A stretch of DNA of 12,096 nucleotides from Octopus sinensis (GCF_006345805.1 NW_021826887.1:1-12096); one strand, 5' to 3'; counted from the first letter of the stretch, positions 1 to 7,957 are shown. Notes: generated from the sequence alone by a model not told the origin. Numbers and translations are program-made.

Positions 1-227
1 ATACATACATTACTGATAAACTGGTAAACTGGTACATTTCAAAGAGAGTACCCTCTTGACTTTCATAAATACTCCCTCGTCATTACTGCTATGGGAAGTG
101 AGTGGTTAACGAGTGAGTGGTTCATTGAAAAGAAAGCTCCAAGAATACAACATAAAAATTTCGTACTAAACAGTAAATGTCTAGCATCGACACAACATGA
201 GATTAAACTTGTAAACAAGATTCCAAT

Positions 228-552
228 TATGTTTTATAAACATATTTTAATCTCACTATAAAGAAATATACCTTAACAACCAGGGAACATCGATTTAATA
301 GACATATTTTTAACCTTAACGTCAAAATAAACTTTTAAAGAGGATATCGATTTAAAAAACATACTTTTAAACTTACCGTAAAAATATACCCCAGCAACCA
401 GAGTTGAATATCGATTTAATAAATATATTTTTAACTGCAATGTAAACAAAACTTTAACAATCAAGATAGAATATAGTTTTAATAGATATATTTTTAACCT
501 CCTTGTAAAAATAAACGTTAGCAACCAGGGAAGAAAATCGCTGGATTTAAAG
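228..552. repeat. Degenerate minisatellite, unit about 57-64 bp, about 5 copies
   Basis: The motif ATCGATTTAA-x-ATATTTTTAAC recurs at 289, 346, 410, 473 (ATAGTTTTAA variant) and partly at 537. CAACCAG recurs at 277, 395 and 522. Confidence 0.8.
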
Positions 553-646
553 AAACTATTTCACCTTTTTTAAAGCAGTCGTCAGTATTCGATTTTTTTT
601 TTTCCTAATCGCTGAGAGAACTTAAGAATACTAGTTTAAGAATAAC

Positions 647-834
647 CCTTTCTACTTTAAACAGAAGGCTTGAAATTTTGAGGACGGGGTCTTGTCGATT
701 ACGTTGACCTCTGTGCTCAACTGGTACTTATTTCATCCACTCCGAAAGGATAAAAAGCAGAGTCGACCTAGGCAGAATTTGAACTCAGAACGTAAAGATG
801 AGCTAGACATTTTGTTTGCCGTGCTAACGATTCT
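647..834 (-). mobile_element. SINE family 1 copy A (tRNA-derived; different 3' tail; 5' end truncated in A-box region)
   Basis: Diverged match to the family-1 core (AACTGGTACTTA...CCGAAAGGAT...AGTCGACCT.GGC.GAATTTGAACTCAGAACG). On the minus strand this gives a B-box-like GAGTTCAAATTC. The tail (CCTTTCTACTTT...TGAAATTTTG) is unlike that of the other copies. Confidence 0.8.
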
Positions 835-1032
835 TATTTCTTTATTGCTCACAAGGGGCTAAACATAGAGGGGACAAACAAGGACAGACAAAGGTATTAA
901 GTCGATTATATCGGCCTCAGTTCGTAACTGGTACTTAATTTATCGACCCCGAAAGGATGAAGGGCAAAGTCGACCTCGGCAGAGTTTCAACTCAGAACGT
1001 AACGGCATTTCGCCCGGCGTGCTAACCATTTT
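835..1032 (-). mobile_element. SINE family 1 copy B (subfamily a), 5'-truncated, small internal deletion
   Basis: High identity to copies C-F from TATTTCTTTATTG..CACAAGGGGCTAAAC through ATCGACCCCGAAAGGATGAA to GGCGTGCTAAC. Confidence 0.9.
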
Positions 1033-1265
1033 TATTTCTTTATTGCCCACAAGGGGCTAAACATAGAGGGGACAAACAAGGACAGACAAAGGTATTAAGT
1101 GGATTACATCGACCCCAGTGCGTAACTGGTACTTAATTTATCGACCCCGAAAGGATGAAAGGGAAACCAGACCTCGGCGGAATTTGAACTCAGAACCTAA
1201 CGGCAGACGAAATAGCGCTAAGCGTTTCGCCCGGTGTGCTAATGTTTCTACCAGTTTGCCACCTT
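1033..1265 (-). mobile_element. SINE family 1 copy C (subfamily a), near full length
   Basis: On the minus strand: an A-box-like TGGTAGAAACA near 1243-1253, a B-box GAGTTCAAATTCC at 1179-1191, the core, and a 3' stem-loop GCCC-CTTGT-GGGC (1045-1057) followed by an AATAAAGAAATA tail. Confidence 0.9.
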
Positions 1266-1497
1266 CACTATTTTAAGAATAACATAAGCACCTTCATTTA
1301 ACACCCAACCTTATTTACATAACTGTGCATAGTTTGCCGCACTGTTAATTAGCTGAAATAAAAAGTTAAATGGATCTCCATCGATTTCGACGATGAGTAT
1401 TCAGTTGTTCTTCAGCTGAATTACGTTTTTGTTGAATTAACGTCTAAGTGGCTGAATGCCACCACAACTAGACTCCAACTCTGAGAGTCTGGGAGAA

Positions 1498-1560
1498 TCA
1501 GCATTTCGCATTACAATCCACCCGAAGAACTTCTAAATAACTTCGGGCCGCCCAATTTCT
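1498..1560 (-). CDS. Candidate terminal exon (RNWAARSYLEVLRVDCNAKC*), unknown product
   Basis: Acceptor CCTTTTTGCAG at 1561-1571 on the minus strand and an open phase-0 frame to TGA. No family is recognised. Confidence 0.12.
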   Translation of the reverse strand, partial: RNWAARSYLEVLRVDCNAKC

Positions 1561-2069
1561 CTGCAAAAAGGCTTAAATGCCAAACAATAGGATCGACATT
1601 AGGAGTTCGTGATTGTAAAGTAAACTTCTTAACCATTCGACCATACTGCGTCCAATTATCTGAAATACAAACGTAGCGTTCAACGTAATGTCCAACAGGT
1701 GTAATGTTGAACATCCTTTAGAATGTGGTGTTCGTTCAACCGTCTCCGTTACGGAATACTTGGTCTGGCTACCAGACTCAAGTTACGTACATCAACCCGT
1801 AATCAAATTTAGTTTACTTGTTCCTGTTAGAAGTTATTCAATTGTAGAGTGGCGGTTTCCAATCAATCGGAACCTGTTTTCAGTTTATAAACTTTGCATT
1901 TGTAATAATTCGCATAGCTGTGTTCTATGGTGTTCGTCTGGTTGTCTCGGTAGTCTACGTTCAATCCCGCTGCACGGAAAATATCTCGCTTCGAGTTTTC
2001 CAATTTCTTTCGTGTGCAATCCGGCGGGCGAAAATTATGTACAAACCCATCACATACACGCACACACCT

Positions 2070-2073
<4 letters not shown>

Positions 2074-2106
<33 letters not shown>
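2074..2106. repeat. (TG)n microsatellite
   Basis: Direct read of an uninterrupted TG run. Confidence 0.97.
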
Positions 2107-2107
<1 letters not shown>

Positions 2108-2210
2108 GTGCCTCCATCTGACACACAAAGAAATAAAACATCATTTAACAAATGAATGCGTTACTTACCGAAAATAGCGCTCTTGAGATCATTAACTACC
2201 ATAAACTTAC

Positions 2211-2252
2211 AAGCAACTTAGCCTCGGGGAACAATCCAACCAATATCTTTTT
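2211..2252 (-). CDS. Candidate 42-bp exon (KKILVGLFPEAKLL), unknown product
   Basis: Minus-strand acceptor TGTTTTAG (weak tract), donor GTAAGT at 2210-2205 and an open phase 0-0 frame. Confidence 0.13.
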
Positions 2253-2430
2253 CTAAAACAGTTCCTTATTGCCTTATGAAAAATTAACAGATTTCTACGA
2301 ACACGCGGAAATATGAAAACATAAAACGCATGGTTTTTTAATGCTTTTAATGAAAATCCATATTTCAGGGAAATGCAGCTAAATATATAACAATTCTGAG
2401 ATCCATTTAAAGAATATACTACGAATTTTG

Positions 2431-2525
2431 TACGTACATACATACATAAATACATACATGCATACATACATACATGCATACATACATACATGCATACTTA
2501 CATACATACGTACGTACGCACATAA

Positions 2526-2602
<77 letters not shown>
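2431..2602. repeat. Compound microsatellite (TACA)n-(TA)n-(CA)n
   Basis: Direct read. It explains ORFs 2207-2491, 2379-2624, 2419-2601 and 2428-2685. Confidence 0.97.
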
Positions 2603-2698
2603 TAATATGTGCTATAAAATTCATTTATTTTTTAAATCTGGGAAATTGTCTTTCACACAGGAAATGTTCCGCTAGGTTAAAATGACATAATACTACGC

Positions 2699-2707
2699 GT
2701 GTATATA

Positions 2708-2747
<40 letters not shown>

Positions 2748-2841
2748 CATGTGTGTGTGTGTGCGTGTGTGTGTGTGTGTGTGTGTGCGTGTGTGTGTGT
2801 GTGTGTAGATAGGTAGATGTGTGTACATATATAGATATAGG

Positions 2842-2888
<47 letters not shown>

Positions 2889-2893
2889 GCATG
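2699..2893. repeat. Compound microsatellite (TG)n with TGCG/TGCA interruptions, then (TA)n
   Basis: Direct read; more than 100 bp of alternating purine-pyrimidine. Confidence 0.97.
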
Positions 2894-2994
2894 TAGAGTG
2901 ATATGAACAAGAAACGGCGATAAAACTTAAGTGCACAAAACGGAAATTACAAGACATTAAATATAACGACGCGAATAAGTACTGTGGTGAATGC

Positions 2995-3163
2995 GATGAT
3001 GTTGATGATGATGACGACGACGACGACGACGACGACGACGAGGATGATGATGTAGAGAAGAAGAAGAGAAGAAGAAGAAGAAGAAGAAGAAGAAGAAGAA
3101 GAAGAAGAAGAAGAAGAAGGTATATTTGAGGATAATTGTAGTGGTAGTGGTAGTGGTGGTGGT
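2995..3163. repeat. Compound trinucleotide repeat (GAT)n-(GAC)n-(GAA)n, then (GTA/GTG)n
   Basis: Direct read. It explains the poly-S, poly-L and poly-V tracts in ORFs 2625-3206 and 2947-3177. Confidence 0.95.
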
Positions 3164-3184
3164 GCATTTGTTTCCACTCTTTAC

Positions 3185-3212
3185 ACTCTGAGTTCAAATC
3201 CTCCAAGGTGGA
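3185..3212 (+). mobile_element. Short SINE family 1 fragment (B-box region), opposite orientation to the other copies
   Basis: CTCTGAGTTCAAATCCTCCAAGGTGGACTT aligns with the element-sense TTCTGAGTTCAAATTCCGCCGAGGTCGACTT of the larger copies. Confidence 0.65.
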
Positions 3213-3298
3213 CTTATTCCCTCTCTCATTTCTGTATTTATAAATAGAGCCAAATATTTGGGGCCAATTCCTTCGTTTTCATTTTTTTTTGCACTCAC

Positions 3299-3387
3299 TT
3301 TCTCAGAAATCGCTACTGCCGACAAGATGGCGCTATGTGAGAGCAAAATGCCGAAAGAAGGCAACAGAAACCTGCCCACGTATATTC
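3299..3387 (-). CDS. Candidate 89-bp exon (xIYVGRFLLPSFGILLSHSAILSAVAISEK), hydrophobic, unknown product
   Basis: Minus-strand acceptor ATTTTCGTAG, canonical donor AAA|GTGAGT at 3298-3293, and only one of three frames open (phase 1 to 0). It lies within ORF 3194-3478. Confidence 0.25.
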
Positions 3388-3830
3388 CTACGAAAATATA
3401 TAGCAAACATGTGATGTTCGTCACGGAGTTCATCGCTAACCCTTCTGAGGAAGACTTTGGTGCTATTTCTACCCCCATCGAGTGACCAGATAAAGAATTC
3501 TTAGTTGGCTTTGAGTGTTATAACGCTTCTGTTATGATGACCTATTGTGGTAGTCATTTTGTAGTATATTAGTCATTAGCTCCAGGTTAGCATTAGAGAG
3601 AAAACATCAAAAAGCGTTCTAACCCTGAATATCTCGTCATTTGATATCTTTATGAAGTCCATGTCTAAAGTTCTGAAGTCTGCGATGCAGCACGGAATTT
3701 TATCAGTGAACAGGTTGCAGTCTCAAAGCTACGAAATATTTTGGCAAATTAAATTTAAATGTTGAAGCGAATCTAAAGGTTTTTGTGTGTTTCTTAAAAT
3801 GGCTTATAAACACCTTCCACGCTGCAATTG

Positions 3831-3908
<78 letters not shown>
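3831..3908. repeat. (TA)n microsatellite
   Basis: Direct read. Confidence 0.97.
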
Positions 3909-3909
<1 letters not shown>

Positions 3910-3910
3910 G

Positions 3911-4105
3911 TTCTCCTTTGCTCTGTTACTTGCTTCAGCCATTTGAGTGTGGCCATGCTGGAACACCGCCTTTTAGTTGAAGAAAACGGTCCGTGGACTT
4001 ATTCTTTGTGAGCCACGTGCTTATTCTATCGAGATCTTTGCCTAATCGCTAAGTTACGAGAACGTAAATACAGCAACATCGGTTTCCAGGTGACGGCGGA
4101 ATAAG
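3911..4105 (-). mobile_element. 3' portion of a SINE (tail type shared with 7200-7365)
   Basis: The reverse complement aligns with 7200-7365: CGTAACTTAGCGATTAGGCAAAGATCTCGATAGAATAA vs CATAATTTAGCGATTCGGCAAAAGATACCGATAGAATAA, and CAGCATGGCCACACTCAAATG vs AAGCATGGCCGCAGTCAAGTG. Confidence 0.75.
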
Positions 4106-4302
4106 GTCACTATTTCTAGCAGATCGAGTAGCTGCGTAGGATCTCCTTGGTTGACTTGGAAATGTATCTATGTGTTTGAAGATGACTGTAGACTAAGGGG
4201 AAGGAATTAAATGGTTAGAATCGTGTTTTTAAGACAGTATCTTACTAGTGTTCTGGTGTTATGCAACCTTCTTTCATGGTCTACGAAATAAAGTAACAGA
4301 TA

Positions 4303-4425
4303 GGCGTGGCAGTGTGGTTAGAAGTTTGCTTCGAAACCACATAGTTTCGGATTCAGTTCGTCTGCGTGACACCCTGGGCAACTGTCTACTATAGCTTAGA
4401 GCCGACCAAATCTTTGTGAATGTAT
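4303..4425 (+). mobile_element. SINE family 3 head (tRNA-like), degenerate and 3'-truncated
   Basis: A-box-like TGGCAGTGTGG at 4307-4317, a degenerate B-box GGATTCAGTTC at 4349-4359, then CCCTGGGCAACTGTCT. It resembles an abundant octopus SINE head as I recall it (unverified). Confidence 0.65.
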
Positions 4426-4431
4426 TACAAA

Positions 4432-4687
4432 TGAACTCAGAACGTAAAGACAGGCGAGTTACCTATTTCTTTACTACCCACAAGGGGCTAAACACAGAGA
4501 GGACAAACAAGGACAAACAAACGGATTAAGTTGATTATATCGACCCCAGTGCGTAACTGGTACTTATTTAATCGACCCCGAAAGGATGAAAGGCAAAGTT
4601 GGAATTTGAACTCAGAACGTAAAGACAGACGAGTTACCACTAAGCATTTCGCACGGCGTGCTAATGTTTCTGCCAGTTCGCCGCCTT
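4432..4687 (-). mobile_element. SINE family 1 copy D (4464-4687, subfamily b) preceded by a 32-bp duplicate of its own head segment (4432-4463)
   Basis: Core, B-box and tail match copies E and F. TGAACTCAGAACGTAAAGACAGGCGAGTTACC (4432-4463) matches TGAACTCAGAACGTAAAGACAGACGAGTTACC (about 4607-4638) with 1 mismatch. Confidence 0.9.
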
Positions 4688-4761
4688 ACGGTCTACCAAG
4701 ATATTACACATTATAATAGTGTGCTTTTTATCGACATAGTAAAACCATGTGTCTACAATAC

Positions 4762-4868
4762 TGTGGCCTAATTGTTAAGGTGTTCGGCACGCAGTCATGA
4801 TGTTGTGGGTTCAATTCCTGCTCCGGGTGACGTGTTTCGTCCTTGAGCAAAGCATTTCAGTTTTCGTT
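4762..4868 (+). mobile_element. SINE family 2 head (tRNA-like plus GTCCTTGAGCAA core), truncated
   Basis: A-box TGGCCTAATTG at 4764-4774, B-box GGTTCAATTCC at 4808-4818 and core GTCCTTGAGCAA at 4839-4850, similar to the minus-strand copy at 10676-10718. Confidence 0.75.
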
Positions 4869-4920
4869 GTTTTAGTCTATTCATTTGAACGTAACTTCCA
4901 ACCGAATGCTCATGCAAGTC

Positions 4921-4924
4921 CTCT

Positions 4925-4965
<41 letters not shown>

Positions 4966-5460
4966 ATTCTCTCACTCAGTCTGTTTCTCTCTTTCACGCT
5001 CTGTTCGGAATATCTCTCTCCCATTCTCTTTCTCTCTAATTCTCTCTCCGCCTCTTTCTCTGTCTGTCTTTCTCGGTGCCTCTCTTTCTCTGCCGCTCTC
5101 TCTGCGCTCTCTCTGCCGCTCTCTCTGCCGCTCTCTCTGCCTCTCTCTGTCTCTTCCTCTGACCTTCTCTCTCTCTCATTCATTTTCTCTCTCACTCTCT
5201 CTCTCTCTCTCTAATTATCTCACTCTCCGTCTCTGTCTCTCTCTCTCTCTCTCTGCCTCTTACCCTTTCCCTTTCTCATTTTTCTCTCCCTCTCTATCTT
5301 TCTAATTCTCACTCTCACTCTCTCCCCACTCTTTCTCCCTCACTCTCTCTCCCCACTCTCTCTCCCCCACTCTCTCTCCCCCACTCTCTCTCCGCCACTC
5401 TCTCTCCCCCTCTCTCTCCCCACTCTCTCTCCCCCACTCTCCCCCCTCTCTCTCTCTCTC
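4921..5460. repeat. About 540-bp (CT)n-rich polypyrimidine tract with embedded 12-bp and 14-bp minisatellites
   Basis: Direct read; CTCTCTCTGCCG units at about 5085-5140 and ACTCTCTCTCCCCC units at about 5317-5446. Confidence 0.95.
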
Positions 5461-5754
5461 CAGCCGACATATTCAGAATGTGTCACCGGATCAAATGATA
5501 GGAGAATCAAAAGGATGTCCATGTCTACTCGCGACTAACACAGGTATCTAAAGAAATTAACGAAAGCCTGATACGTTACCTAGCAACAATCATTTGCAGC
5601 CAGCTACTGGCTCTTTTTTTGAAGCGAGCAGAAGAAGAAAACCGAAGAATTACACCGACCTTACTGTTGAATTAATGTCATTGCGGCAGTTGAAGAATGT
5701 ATCAACCATACCAATTTGTAGCAGGTACAACTGGAAGGCTAGGCAATCACTTAC

Positions 5755-5823
5755 GTAAATAAATTGGCAGATTTCCAATAAATATAGATATAGACACATT
5801 CCAGAAAATAACAATGTTAGGAT
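5755..5823 (-). CDS. Candidate 69-bp exon (xPNIVIFWNVSISIFIGNLPIYL, or ILTLLFSGMCLYLYLLEICQFIY in another frame)
   Basis: Minus-strand acceptor TATTTTCAG ending at 5824 and canonical donor GTAAGT at 5754-5749. Two frames are open. Confidence 0.22.
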
Positions 5824-6625
5824 CTGAAAATACTGTTAAGGACAGTGTTTGTTAATCTGTGAACATTTTTTATGCATATTTCCAACATGTAGCTCATTGG
5901 GGATTTTTTTCTTTATATGTGTGTGAAGGAAGTTAATGTTATATTTATTTTTCAAGCTACATATAAAGATAAGACCAATAATTTCTTAACCATAATCACT
6001 TCTATACATGTTCTCAAAGATGTACATATTTTTTATTCCTTTTTTTTTTCGTTATGTACAGAAGTAAACTTCCGATATATTTCTCAAACTACGAATAGTA
6101 TTAAAAAAAATGAACGACATACGTATAATGGCGGCCATATACAATGTACAACATGCTAAGAACGAAAAGAAGAAAAACAAGAGCACTAAAAATTCTTAGA
6201 GTTCTAAGGCAAGAGCAGAGAAAAGATCAGGAGTAAAAAGAAATCTGGTAATGAAGTTAAATTAGAGGTTTTGACAGGGAAAAGATTATGAAGAATGAAC
6301 TTAATTGGATTAAAAAGAGACTACAAGGGAATAATAAAGACTGATCGAATCAGAGACATTGTGAACAAAATATGGGTTAACTAAGAGCACAGATACCTGG
6401 GACTTGTTCACGTTGATTTTACCATTCCCATAGCACGTTCAGTGTTTTTATTGTTGTTCTTCTTTTTCTTGTTTCTGTTTAGCCCCAGGTCAACCCTGAT
6501 GCAGTATACTTGCGAACAAGTGTTCCAGCAGCTGTCTATCTTGTTTCCTTTACTTATTTATTTGTTTTTGACATTGTGGTTTCTGCGTATCTGCGTTGTC
6601 TTAGTGGGAGACACTGTCGTATTTC

Positions 6626-7039
6626 AATCTCTTTACTACCCACAAGGGGCTACACACCGAGAGGACAAATAAGGATAGACAAACGGATTAAGTCGATTAT
6701 ATCGACCCCAGTGTGTAACTGGTACTTATTTAATCGACCCCGAAAGGATGAAAGGCAAAGTCGACCTCGGCGGAATTTGAACTCAGAACGTAGCGGCAGA
6801 CGATATACCTATTTCTTTAGTACCCACAAGGGGCTAAACGCAGAGAGGACAAACAAGGACAGAAAAACGGATTAAGTCAATTATATCGACCCCAGTGCGT
6901 AACTGGTACTTATTTAATCGACCCCGAAAGGATGAAAGGCAAAGTCGACCTCGGCGGAATTTGAACGTAGCGGCAGACGAAATACTGCTAAGCATTTCGC
7001 CCGGCGTGCTAACGATTCTGCCAGTTCGCCGCCTTATTT
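6626..7039 (-). mobile_element. SINE family 1 head-to-tail dimer (copy E 6626-6809 5'-truncated; copy F 6810-7039 full; subfamily b) with 12-bp flanking direct repeat
   Basis: Two near-identical units. A-box TGGCAGAATCG at 7013-7023 on the minus strand. CTGTCGTATTTC occurs at 6614-6625 and 7040-7051. Confidence 0.93.
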
Positions 7040-7199
7040 CTGTCGTATTTCTCAATAAGAAGAAAGAACCATGAGTTAAGTGAACGCAACATGCGAACAG
7101 CCACCTCCAAGATACAGCAACCACTGAAACATATTAGCTGCAGTGAGAAGACTGCATGTCTGAGAGCCTGAAGTTGGGAATGTGTCTCACTTCACCGCG

Positions 7200-7365
7200 T
7201 AACAACCGGTGTTGGTTTGTTTGAAAGCGTCTCCATAATTTAGCGATTCGGCAAAAGATACCGATAGAATAAGTACAAGACTTATAGCAAAAAAATACGT
7301 ACTTCAAAGTGGTGCTCAAGCATGGCCGCAGTCAAGTGAATGAGACATGTAGAAAGTGAAAGAAA
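7200..7365 (+). mobile_element. 3' portion of a SINE (same tail as 3911-4105), internally shortened
   Basis: Pairwise similarity to the reverse complement of 3911-4105; ends in an A-rich tail. Confidence 0.75.
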
Positions 7366-7484
7366 GATGATACAAAAAAAAAACTGAAAGAAGCACAATT
7401 GACAGGATCTATTTATTTATTTTTGCGGTACGAAATATTGCTTTAGGAAGCAGAAAAGGAAATTTGATACCCAGCTTGAATGTG

Positions 7485-7515
7485 GATGATGATAATAATA
7501 ATAATAATGATGATG

Positions 7516-7578
<63 letters not shown>

Positions 7579-7611
7579 TATAATAATAATAATATAATAA
7601 TAATGATGATA

Positions 7612-7663
<52 letters not shown>

Positions 7664-7754
7664 TGATGATAATAATGATCATAATAATGATAATAATAAA
7701 ATAATAATAATCATAATAAAATAATAATATAATAATAATATAATAAAATAATAA
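7485..7754. repeat. (AAT)n microsatellite with GAT/CAT interruptions
   Basis: Direct read. It explains the poly-I and poly-N ORFs 7443-7775 and 7480-7704. Confidence 0.97.
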
Positions 7755-7845
7755 CGGTGACGACCGACGATGCAAACAGAATCAGCTAAAAGAATGGGAG
7801 AGAGTATAAAGATTATGAAAAAGCGTGATACTTGTATCATGGAAA

Positions 7846-7916
7846 TATATATATATATATATATGTATGATGTAGATTAATATATATATATGTATATATA
7901 TGTATATATATATATA

Positions 7917-7957
<41 letters not shown>

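Noticed and set aside
4423-4708. TATTACA on both sides of copy D as a target-site duplication
   Set aside because: It is only 7 bp, AT-rich and offset about 14 bp from the element head, so it is compatible with chance.
4762-4830. tRNA gene (also considered at 4303-4360, 10700-10760 and the family-1 heads)
   Set aside because: A/B boxes are present, but there is no complete cloverleaf, acceptor stem or oligo-T terminator, and each continues into a SINE body.
6160-6385. A-rich stretch with short basic frames (RTKRRKTRALKILRVLRQ, EKIMKNELNWIKKRLQG) as a LINE ORF relic
   Set aside because: It has multiple stops and no endonuclease or reverse-transcriptase motif. It cannot be supported without a profile search.
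6470-6545. GTTTAGCCCCAGGTCAACCCTGAT as another repeat fragment
   Set aside because: Only about 10 bp (GTTTAGCCCC) match the family-1 tail within this window; the rest relies on memory.
647-7039. Recurring ~200-bp units as a CRISPR array or integron-like cassette
   Set aside because: The units are long, have no unique spacers of regular length, and carry Pol III A/B boxes and tails. No cas or integrase gene is present and the context is eukaryotic.
4531-7124. Similar peptides in ORFs 4531-4716, 6510-6875 and 6834-7124 (STPVRNWYLFNRPRKDERQS)
   Set aside because: They are the same SINE sequence read in frame, not a protein repeat family.
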